Below, in pieces: positions 24,641 through 32,456 of a stretch of DNA of 64,000 nt (position 1 is its first letter; every line of letters begins with the position of its first letter). This stretch comes from Dehalococcoidia bacterium (lineage in GTDB: Bacteria > Chloroflexota > Dehalococcoidia > Lucifugimonadales > UBA3495). Where the stretch lies: NCBI GenBank assembly GCA_965249065.1, contig CBDFLG010000001.1:421084-485083 (forward strand). Direction: 5' to 3'. The position numbers and the translations under genes are program-made. Below the pieces are notes generated by a model, which saw nothing but the letters and a program-made list of their open reading frames with translations, searched no databases and was not told where the DNA came from.

Positions 24641-25321
24641 ATGACGACAACTATGACTGATCTCCCCCCGGCGCGCCCGTTCACCCTGGAAGAGTGCGAG
24701 ACCCTGGTATCGGCTGGCATCATCGCTGAGGGCGAGCAGTCCGGCGTAATGGCCGGCACCCGCCTCTTCACCGTGGACGAATACCTGGACATGGAAAAAG
24801 CAGGCATCCTCCACGAAGACGACCGAATCGAACTGATGGATGGGAAAATTGTAATTATGGCGCCCATAGGAGACCCCCACGAATTTGGCACCGACTGGCT
24901 AACTATGCTCTTGGCTCCGGCTTTGGCCGGACGTGCGATAGTGCGGGTGCAAGGATCCATCCGGTTGAATAACCGCAGCGCGCCTCAGCCCGACGTCGCC
25001 GTGCTGAGACTGCGTCCTGTCACAGAGGTGGCCCCCTACTACCCGGCCGACGTGTACTTTGTCATCGAAGTTGCTGACAGTTCGCTGCGGTACGATCACG
25101 GCGCGAAACTGGCGCGGTACGCTGCCGCCGGCGTCGTGGAGGTGTGGATTGCCAACTTGCGGGCGCGGGAGGTAATGGTCTTCACCGACCTCACGGGTAC
25201 AGAATACGCCACTTCCCGCACCTACCGCGCAGGGGACAGCATCAGCCCCCGCGCCTTCCCCGACGTCGTGCTGGCGCTGGACGACTTCATGCCCCCGGCC
25301 AGCCGTGGTCAGGACGCATAA
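24641..25321 (+). CDS. Uma2-family (DUF820) endonuclease
   Basis: 226 aa: FTVDEYLDMEKAGILHEDDRIELMDGKIVIMAP...QPDVAVLR...DVYFVIEVADSSLRYDHGAKLARYAAAGVVEVWI. Confidence 0.85.
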   Translation: MTTTMTDLPPARPFTLEECETLVSAGIIAEGEQSGVMAGTRLFTVDEYLDMEKAGILHEDDRIELMDGKIVIMAPIGDPHEFGTDWLTMLLAPALAGRAIVRVQGSIRLNNRSAPQPDVAVLRLRPVTEVAPYYPADVYFVIEVADSSLRYDHGAKLARYAAAGVVEVWIANLRAREVMVFTDLTGTEYATSRTYRAGDSISPRAFPDVVLALDDFMPPASRGQDA

Positions 25322-25399
25322 AAGCGCCCGTTTGACCGCCGCCGTTCCCAAACCCTAGAATTACCCGCGACTCCGATCCCCACCCGCGGCGGTGTTGCT

Positions 25400-25912
25400 T
25401 TGCCCGTTTCCTCTACTAACTCCAAAGTCATCTACGACGCCCTGAAAGACGCCGGGGTCAGCATCATCTCGGCCCTGCCGGAGACCTGGCTGGTCCACTT
25501 GGTGAGCATGGCCGACGACGACCCCGAGGTTACGCTGGTGCGCCTGAACAAGGAAGAAGAAGGTGTGGGCATTTCCGCCGGGGCGCACTTGGCCGGGCGT
25601 AAGTCGGCCATGCTGATGCAGAATCACGGGCTGCTGACCTCGGTTAACGGCATCGTATCGCTGGCCCAACTCTACCGAATCCCGCTGCTGATGCTGGTCA
25701 GCTACCGGGGCGAGATGGGCGAGCGAGACCCCTGGCAGACCGAGGGCGGACTGGTAACTGAGCGAGTGCTGGACGCGCTGGGCATCATGTACCGCAAGAT
25801 GTCCGACCCGGCGCTGGTGGCGCGAGACATCCGGCAGGCCCAAACGCTGGCGGAAAGCTCGCTGCGTCCGGTGGCGCTGCTGCTCACCCGCGAACTGATG
25901 TGGGAGGAATGA
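25400..25912 (+). CDS. Sulfopyruvate decarboxylase alpha-subunit-like TPP enzyme (ComD-like)
   Basis: 170 aa: VIYDALKDAGVSIISALPETWLVHL...EEEGVGISAGAHLAGRKSAMLMQNHGL. TTG start from the track. Confidence 0.7.
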   Translation: MPVSSTNSKVIYDALKDAGVSIISALPETWLVHLVSMADDDPEVTLVRLNKEEEGVGISAGAHLAGRKSAMLMQNHGLLTSVNGIVSLAQLYRIPLLMLVSYRGEMGERDPWQTEGGLVTERVLDALGIMYRKMSDPALVARDIRQAQTLAESSLRPVALLLTRELMWEE

Positions 25913-26478
25913 TGCTGAGGGATGACGCGCTGCGGGCCATCTATCCCCGCCTCAAAGACCAGGTTGTGGTTACCATTATGGGCGCGGTGGCGGTGGAACT
26001 GTACAACCTGGGACACCGGCCCAACTTCTTCTACTTGGAGCACGGGATGGGCCTGGCGTCGTCGATGGGCCTGGGGCTGGCCCTGTCGCTGCCGGACCAG
26101 AGGGTGACCGTGCTGGACGGCGACGCTTCGCTGCTGATGAACCTGGGTACGCTGAGCACCATGGCCCGCTACCGCCCGCCCAACCTGACGCACCTCATAT
26201 TCGACAACGAAAGCCTGCTGTCAGTGGGCGGCTTTCCCTCGGCCACCGGCACCGGCACCGACCTGGCCGGCGTGGCCCGCGAGGCCGGCGTGGAGCACGT
26301 CGCCAAAGCCGACACCGTGGAGGCGTTAGAGGAAGCCTACGCCGCCGCCACCGAACGCCACGGCCTGTCGGTAATCCACTCCAAAGTCGAAGCCGTCGGC
26401 CCGCCCTCCTTCGCCATGGACATCGGCCTCCTGGAAAACCGCTTCGAGTTCGCCCGGCACTTGCGGACTTTAACTTAA
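25909..26478 (+). CDS. Sulfopyruvate decarboxylase beta-subunit-like TPP enzyme (ComE-like)
   Basis: ATG 25909 overlaps the alpha-subunit stop (ATGA). TPP-binding motif LDGDASLLMNLGTLSTMARYRPPNLTHLIFDNES. Confidence 0.7.
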   Translation: MMLRDDALRAIYPRLKDQVVVTIMGAVAVELYNLGHRPNFFYLEHGMGLASSMGLGLALSLPDQRVTVLDGDASLLMNLGTLSTMARYRPPNLTHLIFDNESLLSVGGFPSATGTGTDLAGVAREAGVEHVAKADTVEALEEAYAAATERHGLSVIHSKVEAVGPPSFAMDIGLLENRFEFARHLRTLT

Positions 26479-27348
26479 CGCCGCCTCTGCCACCCGCTCC
26501 AGTGCGTCCAGCGTGGAGCGTTCGTCGTGGGTGGTGAGCATATGGACTATGTGGTCGGCGCCCGCGTCGAAGAAGCGGCGGTTCTGCTCCCGGTCGGGAG
26601 GCGCGTCCCACATGGTGATGTTGAGCGACGACGGATCGCGCCCGTTGGCCCGGTACAATTCCTCGATATGGCGGCGGGCCTCGGGCAGCTTCCCCGGGTC
26701 GCTGTATACCGAGGTGTTGCGGGCGCGGGGCAGCCAGCCGTCGCCGTAGTCAGCCACCCGCTGCCCTGCCCACCGCAGTTCGCCCCCGATAAGCACCGGC
26801 GGATGGGGCTGCTGCACCGGCTTGGGATTGCAAATCACCGGCGGGAAGTCCACCCACTTGCCGTGAAATTCCGGCGCGGGATTGGTCCACAGTTCCTTCA
26901 TCGCGTTGACGTACTCCCGTGTCTGCGCCCAGCGGCGGGGGAAGTCCGCGCCCAGGATTTCCGCCTCGCCTTGCAGCCATCCGGCCCCGATGCCGAACAG
27001 GAAACGCCCGCCGGAAATCAGGTCCAGCGTCGCCACCTCCTTCGCCAGCCGGATTGGGTTGCGCTCCGGCACAAGGCAGATGCCCGTTCCCAGCTTGACC
27101 GTCTGCGTGGCCGATGCCGCCGCGGCCAGATAGACCAGCGGGTCGATAATCTGGTTGATGCGCCCGTCGGCGTAGGCACTGGGCGCGCCCGCCCTGGCGC
27201 CCGCCGCGCCCACGCTGAAATCGGCCGGCACCACCCCATGCTCCGGCGCCCACAGCGAGCCAAACCCCAGTTCCTCCACCTTGCGCGCCAGCCCAACGAT
27301 GTCAAAATCATGCTGCGTCATCAGCAGGCAAATGCCAATGTCTGCCAT
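26470..27348 (-). CDS. LLM-class (luciferase-like, probably F420-dependent) oxidoreductase
   Basis: MADIGICLLMTQHDFDIVGLARKVEELGFGSLWAPEH...GGRFLFGIGAGW. ATG 27348 with GAGGGA upstream is preferred over the track start at 27468. Confidence 0.8.
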   Translation of the reverse strand: MADIGICLLMTQHDFDIVGLARKVEELGFGSLWAPEHGVVPADFSVGAAGARAGAPSAYADGRINQIIDPLVYLAAAASATQTVKLGTGICLVPERNPIRLAKEVATLDLISGGRFLFGIGAGWLQGEAEILGADFPRRWAQTREYVNAMKELWTNPAPEFHGKWVDFPPVICNPKPVQQPHPPVLIGGELRWAGQRVADYGDGWLPRARNTSVYSDPGKLPEARRHIEELYRANGRDPSSLNITMWDAPPDREQNRRFFDAGADHIVHMLTTHDERSTLDALERVAEAALS

Positions 27349-27391
27349 AAATTCCCTCACGATCACTGCGTTTTTACCCATTGGTTCCGGT

Positions 27392-27415
27392 AGGGGCGCG
27401 CAGCCGTGCGCCTGG
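27392..27415. repeat. Hairpin repeat family 1, degenerate copy
   Basis: AGGGGCGCGCAGCCGTGCGCCTGG, compared with the core AGGGGCGCACAGCCGTGCGCCCCT. It sits in the gap between the LLM start and the MTase stop. Confidence 0.5.
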
Positions 27416-27442
27416 TCTGCGGCGCCGGAACACCACCGGAAT

Positions 27443-28480
27443 CTACGCACAGCCGCGCGCCCCAACATTTACGGAACTGCGAGCATCCCCAACAGCCCGC
27501 CAGTCTATATTAGCGGCCCGCAACTGCCTCTCAATGACATCCCACGCCGCCGGCGAATTATCCATCCCAACAAACCGGCGGCCCAGACGGGCGGCTTCCA
27601 GCAGCGTTCCGCCGCTGCCCGCGTAGCAGTCCAGCACCGTGTCGCCCGGCTCCGATGATGTAAGTATGATGCGCTCCAGCATCGCCGCGTTCTTCTGGGT
27701 GGGGTAGCTGGGGCGCTGTGGGTCCTTGTAGACCCACACGTCCTGCGGCAGCTTGCCTGGGGACTGGTCGGCGTAGATTATCTTGCGCGGGTTGCCGGTG
27801 CTGCTCCAGGCGATACGGCCGCTGGCGTCCAGTTCCTCCAGTTTGTCCGGCGGGTATCTCCAGTGGCGGCCCGCCGGCGGAGGCATCCCACGCCAGAGTC
27901 CGCCCGTAGGTCCGTTGCGCGTTGTACCGGGAGCGTGGAGGGGCGTTGTGGCGTAGCGGCGGCCTGCATCGTCCACCAGCGGATAGCGGGATTCCACGTC
28001 AGCTCCGGTTAGCGGCTCTTCCTGCGGATGCCACTTGATGCGGTTGGGCGACACGGAATAGAAGAGGATAGTGTCCTTGATGTTGCCGTAGGAGTGGCGG
28101 GCGAAGTTCTTGGGATTGCACTTTATGCGGGTGATGCTGTTGCGGAAGTTGCGCGGGCCAAATACTTCGTCCAGTAGCAGGCGGACGTGATGCTCCATCT
28201 TTACGTCTATGTGAACATAGACCGAGCCGTCGTCGGCCATAATCCGGTGGATGGCCTCAAACCGCAGCCGCAGTTGCTCTAGGTAGTCGCCGCCCCGTAA
28301 GGTGTCGGCGTAGGCCAACTCGCCCGAGGCGCTAATGGCGTTGGCGCGATGGGCGTCAATCAGAAACTCGTTGTTGGTGGCGAAGGGCGGGTCAATGTAC
28401 AGTAGGTCAACCTTGATGCCCAACCCGGCAAGGCGAACCAGCCCGTCCAGGTTGTCCCCGGCGTGAAACAGGTGCTCCAT
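27443..28480 (-). CDS. Site-specific DNA methyltransferase, beta-class (N6-adenine or N4-cytosine), no adjacent nuclease
   Basis: 345 aa: motif IV LLYIDPPFATN near the N-terminus and motif I VLDCYAGSGGTLLEAARLGRRFVGMD near the C-terminus. Confidence 0.85.
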   Translation of the reverse strand: MEHLFHAGDNLDGLVRLAGLGIKVDLLYIDPPFATNNEFLIDAHRANAISASGELAYADTLRGGDYLEQLRLRFEAIHRIMADDGSVYVHIDVKMEHHVRLLLDEVFGPRNFRNSITRIKCNPKNFARHSYGNIKDTILFYSVSPNRIKWHPQEEPLTGADVESRYPLVDDAGRRYATTPLHAPGTTRNGPTGGLWRGMPPPAGRHWRYPPDKLEELDASGRIAWSSTGNPRKIIYADQSPGKLPQDVWVYKDPQRPSYPTQKNAAMLERIILTSSEPGDTVLDCYAGSGGTLLEAARLGRRFVGMDNSPAAWDVIERQLRAANIDWRAVGDARSSVNVGARGCA

Positions 28481-28646
28481 TTCGGCGTTCCCTTGCGTCT
28501 AAAAAACAGCGGCGCAAATCCTGAAAATAAACCACGCAGACTGTATATCACGCGGACGCCGCCGCCGTCACACGGCAAATGTCAGCAAAACGGAACGATT
28601 TCCCGATTGCCGGGCTATGCCGCCGGGACGGTGGAACACCAAAATG

Positions 28647-28682
28647 CCCTCCTTTCCCGGAGCGGCCGGATTAAAAGGAGGG
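28647..28682 (-). terminator. Intrinsic terminator-like hairpin downstream of the ferredoxin gene
   Basis: CCCTCCTTT (28647-28655) pairs with AAAGGAGGG (28674-28682). On the minus-strand RNA the hairpin is followed by CAUUUUGG. Confidence 0.5.
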
Positions 28683-28709
28683 CTTGCAGTTTTGGCGTGA
28701 CAGCGGTAG

Positions 28710-28934
28710 CTACGGGAAAAGCTGCTCGCCGGTCTCGGCGTCGGAAACGGTGATGGCAGCCATCGGGCACTGCTCGGCGGCTTCGCGGATTACTTCCTCG
28801 GTGTCGGCGTCCACGTCTGCCGGGATTGCCTGCCGGTCGTCGTTGAGCGTGAGCGCCTTGGTGGCGATACTGATGCACATCTGATTGCCAACGCACAGGT
28901 TGTGGTCGACCGATACGCTTAATTTCCTAGCCAT
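28710..28934 (-). CDS. Ferredoxin (single-cluster, P450-associated type)
   Basis: MARKLSVSVDHNLCVGNQMCISIA...AAEQCPMAAITV. ATG 28934 is preferred over the track start at 29015. Confidence 0.75.
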   Translation of the reverse strand: MARKLSVSVDHNLCVGNQMCISIATKALTLNDDRQAIPADVDADTEEVIREAAEQCPMAAITVSDAETGEQLFP

Positions 28935-29203
28935 GTCTTCCCCCCAGCATTGCGGGATGTAGCTGTCGGCAGCCCTTTGGGAAGTCGCTTCCTGCCGTCC
29001 GGCCGACCCGGACAAGGTGGCCGCATTCTATCAGCGGCCCAATCCCCGGTCAACCGCGCCCAAGCCCCTCCATTTAAGGGAGATACCCCGATTTCTCCCT
29101 CTCCCTCTGGGGGAGGGGCGTTCCATCGCGGGAAAGGTTGCGGGGTGAAGGCGCCCCGGGAAAACCGTGTACAATGTCGAAAACCAACTCAGGGAGCTTC
29201 TCC

Positions 29204-30781
29204 ATGAAGTACGACCATATCATCATCGGCGGCGGCACGGCCGGGTGCATCGTTGCGGCGCGGCTGTCGGAGGACCCGGCGCGCTCAGTGCTGCTGCTGG
29301 AGGCCGGCCCCGACTTTCCCGACTTCGCGCAACTGCCCGATATGCTCAAGCTGGGCTGGGGAACGGTGAACCTGGAGGCCCGCGCCGCCGGTGCGCCCTA
29401 CAACTGGTCCTTCACCGGCACGGCCACGCCGGAGCAGGATCCCATGCCCGTGCCCCGCGGCAAGGTGCTGGGCGGCTCCAGCGCCATCAACGGCCAGACC
29501 TTCATACGCGGCGCGCCCGAGGACTTCGACACCTGGGCGTCTTGGGGCAACGACGGCTGGTCCTACCTGGACTGCCTGCCCTACTTCCGCAAACTGGAGA
29601 ATGACGCCGACTTTCACGACGATTTCCACGGCACCGACGGCCCGGTGCCCGTCCGACATCATCAGCGCGAGACCTGGCCGGCCGTGCAGGAGGCCTTTTT
29701 CCAGGCTGTAACCGCCGCTGGATACCCCTACCATCCCGACGTGAACCACCCAGAGGCCACTGGCATCAGTCAGCGCGCCGAGAACAACATTGACGGCGTG
29801 CGCATGAGCATGGCCTTGGCCTACATAGACTTGGTCCGGCACCGGCTGAACCTCACCATCCGCCCCAACGCCCAGGCCCACCGTGTGGTGCTGGCTCCTC
29901 CTGCTGTCCCCCCCGCCGGGGGGGAACTACAAGGGGGGGCGCAGCGCGCCGTCGGTGTAGAAGTGGGAAGCGGCGGAGAGAGTTTCGTGGTAGAAGGCGG
30001 CGAGGTCATCCTGTGCGCCGGGGCGGTGGCCTCACCGCAACTGCTGATGCTGTCGGGCCTGGGCGCCGCCGCGCAGTTGGAGGAGCTGGGCATTCCCGTG
30101 GCTGTGGATCTGCCCGGCGTGGGCCGGAATATGCGCGACCACCCCAACGTGTCGGTGCGCTTCCGGGTCAAGGATGACGTTCCCGAAGACCCCAACGCCA
30201 TGCGGGCCCTGCGCCTGCGCTACACCGCCACGGGTTCCGGCACGCCCCACGACATGATTCTTTCCCCTGCATCTCTCAACACGGTAGTCCGGGACAACAA
30301 TCCGGCCCACACCATCAATTGCGGGCTGTATCTGGCAGCGGGGCAGGGCGAGCTGTGGCTGACCTCCGCCGACCCCAACGCGCCGCCCAGCATGAACTAT
30401 CACTATCTGGAAGATGCGTGGGATGTGGAGCGGCTGCGCGAGGCAGTGCGGCTGTGCGTAAGTCTGCTGCAAGGCGACGCCTACGCCCCATACATCGAGG
30501 AAATCATCTCGCCCACGCCCGCCGACCTAGAAACCAACGAGGCGCTCGACGGCTGGCTGCGCCGCAACGTCAGCACCTCATACCACATCTCCGGCACCTG
30601 CAAGATGGGGCCGCCCGGCGATTCGATGGCCGTCGTAGACCGGCAGTTGCGAGTCCGGGGCGTCTCCAACCTCCGCGTGGCCGACGCCTCCATAATGCCC
30701 GACGTAGTCCGGGCCAACACCAACGTAACCACCATGATGATAGCCGAGCGAGTCACCGACTTCATCAAGGCTGGGAATTAA
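29204..30781 (+). CDS. GMC-family oxidoreductase (choline/alcohol dehydrogenase-like flavoprotein)
   Basis: MKYDHIIIGGGTAGCIVAARLSED (FAD Rossmann)...GGSSAINGQ...SYHISGTCKMG. ATG 29204 lies 7 nt after AGGGAG. Confidence 0.85.
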   Translation: MKYDHIIIGGGTAGCIVAARLSEDPARSVLLLEAGPDFPDFAQLPDMLKLGWGTVNLEARAAGAPYNWSFTGTATPEQDPMPVPRGKVLGGSSAINGQTFIRGAPEDFDTWASWGNDGWSYLDCLPYFRKLENDADFHDDFHGTDGPVPVRHHQRETWPAVQEAFFQAVTAAGYPYHPDVNHPEATGISQRAENNIDGVRMSMALAYIDLVRHRLNLTIRPNAQAHRVVLAPPAVPPAGGELQGGAQRAVGVEVGSGGESFVVEGGEVILCAGAVASPQLLMLSGLGAAAQLEELGIPVAVDLPGVGRNMRDHPNVSVRFRVKDDVPEDPNAMRALRLRYTATGSGTPHDMILSPASLNTVVRDNNPAHTINCGLYLAAGQGELWLTSADPNAPPSMNYHYLEDAWDVERLREAVRLCVSLLQGDAYAPYIEEIISPTPADLETNEALDGWLRRNVSTSYHISGTCKMGPPGDSMAVVDRQLRVRGVSNLRVADASIMPDVVRANTNVTTMMIAERVTDFIKAGN

Positions 30782-30800
30782 GCGCATTTGTGCCGCTTGT

Positions 30801-32345
30801 CTACAAGATAAGCATCTTGTCCTGAGTGTCGCCCACCAGCGAACGAGGGTCAACCGGTGGTAATGCAGGCCGCTCATCCCGTTGCAGCATTTCCTGTACG
30901 CTGATGGCCTGCATTACCGGATACTCGACAGTGCCCTTTTCTCGCGTAGTGATGGTTACGCGGCCCTGCTGGGCTGCGAATACACGCAGTGATTCGGGAG
31001 GTTGATAAAGGCTAATCATGAGGGACATAGGGGCGTGCAGCCCCCGGTTCTGCATTGCTGTTTGCGTACCCAGCAGGCGGTCCATATCAGGGCGGCCTAC
31101 CGATGACGGGTTGCGATGCATTTTTACTTGTATGGGAATAGTCACGCCTTCGTTGCGTTCGGTGTCCATTGCGCCGAAATAGCGGGCATCAACGCCGCCG
31201 TCGCCCGTTTTGCGCTCATTGGGCACGGCGTTGAGCAGGCCTGCAACCTTGTCCTCGGCCCAAGCCCATCCAGGGGTGCCGTCTTCCGCCTCATCCCGTG
31301 ACATCAGAGAGCGTCGCTCAAATTCTGTCCAATTGAAATCGTCCAAATCCAGCCCGTAGACCACCGGTACGGCGGCGGCTCCCCGAGATTCCAGCCGCTG
31401 CTGCATCACCCGCACGGCGATGCCGCTGATGTCTATGCCCAGATACTTGCGCCCCAGCGATGCCGCAGCATCCGCCGCCGTTCCGCAGCCGCAGAACGGG
31501 TCCAAAACTAGGTCACCGGGGTTGGACGAGGCCTTGATGATGCGCTCCAACAACGCCAGCGGCTTTTGCGTGGGGTAGCCAAGCCGCTCTTTAGCAATGG
31601 GAGCTATGATACCGATATCCCAAACATCTGACATAGGCGCGCCTTTGGATTCTTTGTCGGTCTGACTTGGCTTACGTCGTCCAGAAGAAAAATCTGCGAC
31701 TTGCTGTTTAGTTCCCCACGTTTTCTTTGTAGATGGGGCTAGGTCTTCATAAAGTTGATTAAATGTCCCTGGTTCTCCTCCACTCTTGCAATACATTAAG
31801 ATTACATCATGCATCCGCTGGAATCTGCGCTGCTTCGCAGGCCATCGTCGATAACGCCATATTACTTCGTTTTGGAAATTCGATGGAGAGAAAACTTCGT
31901 CCATCAATATCCGCAGATAAGCGTCGGCGTGAGGGTCGCAGTGCAGATAGATACTGCCAGTAGGTTTCAGGACGCGACGCATTTCGATTAGGCGGCGGCC
32001 CATATAAACGCAGTAGGCCGCCATTTTGGACTGTTCGCCAGTTTGCAGCCGAATACCGCGCAGGCAGTCATACAGGCTACCGTGTGGCAGACGCTGAAAG
32101 GTGTTTTCCGTCTCCACCGTCCAGCGCCAGACATCGCGGAGCTGCTGCGCCACCGTCCCTTTATCCCCAAAGGCGGCGACGTAGAACTGGTTGGAGTTGA
32201 AGGGAGGGTCGAGATAAATCAGGTCGACGCATTCGTCGGGCAGTTCGCGCAGGACGTCCACATTGTCCCCGCAGACGAGAGCGTTGCCAGTCAGGTATTT
32301 GTGGCTAAAACTCGGGGGGGTAGCGGAGCGTCGGCGGGGCGGCAT
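30801..32345 (-). CDS. Beta-class DNA methyltransferase fused to a C-terminal Mrr-like (PD-(D/E)XK) restriction-endonuclease domain
   Basis: Motif IV DLIYLDPPFNSN and motif I VLDPFCGCGTAADAAASLGRKYLGIDIS, then about 190 aa with GDGGVDARYFG...TIPIQVKMH (D...QxK). ATG 32345 lies 6 nt after GAGGG. The track start is TTG 32351. Confidence 0.75.
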   Translation of the reverse strand: MPPRRRSATPPSFSHKYLTGNALVCGDNVDVLRELPDECVDLIYLDPPFNSNQFYVAAFGDKGTVAQQLRDVWRWTVETENTFQRLPHGSLYDCLRGIRLQTGEQSKMAAYCVYMGRRLIEMRRVLKPTGSIYLHCDPHADAYLRILMDEVFSPSNFQNEVIWRYRRWPAKQRRFQRMHDVILMYCKSGGEPGTFNQLYEDLAPSTKKTWGTKQQVADFSSGRRKPSQTDKESKGAPMSDVWDIGIIAPIAKERLGYPTQKPLALLERIIKASSNPGDLVLDPFCGCGTAADAAASLGRKYLGIDISGIAVRVMQQRLESRGAAAVPVVYGLDLDDFNWTEFERRSLMSRDEAEDGTPGWAWAEDKVAGLLNAVPNERKTGDGGVDARYFGAMDTERNEGVTIPIQVKMHRNPSSVGRPDMDRLLGTQTAMQNRGLHAPMSLMISLYQPPESLRVFAAQQGRVTITTREKGTVEYPVMQAISVQEMLQRDERPALPPVDPRSLVGDTQDKMLIL

Positions 32346-32375
32346 TGTCAACCCTCATCGGTGAATGATGGCGCG

Positions 32376-32404
32376 AATATATGAGACGACGCTCCGTTTG
32401 TCAA
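32376..32404 (-). promoter_or_regulatory. Near-consensus sigma-70-type promoter for the MTase-Mrr fusion gene
   Basis: Minus strand reads TTGACA (32404-32399), the 17-nt spacer AACGGAGCGTCGTCTCA, then TATATT (32381-32376). The ATG lies about 30 nt downstream. Confidence 0.55.
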
Positions 32405-32456
32405 CCTATGTATTTAGACCAGTCGGTCTCCTTTCAGGAAAGGGATATGGTAGCCC

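Noticed and set aside
24533-24880. N-terminal extension of the PaaK ORF (track start 24880)
   Set aside because: The PaaK family N-terminus aligns from MLDSPAWDP (ATG 24532, with an SD). The extension would run antisense across the start of the Uma2 gene.
29908-29924. Programmed frameshift or phase-variable switch at the C7/G7 tracts in the GMC gene
   Set aside because: The reading frame is continuous and family motifs are intact on both sides. Only a slippage or assembly risk is noted.
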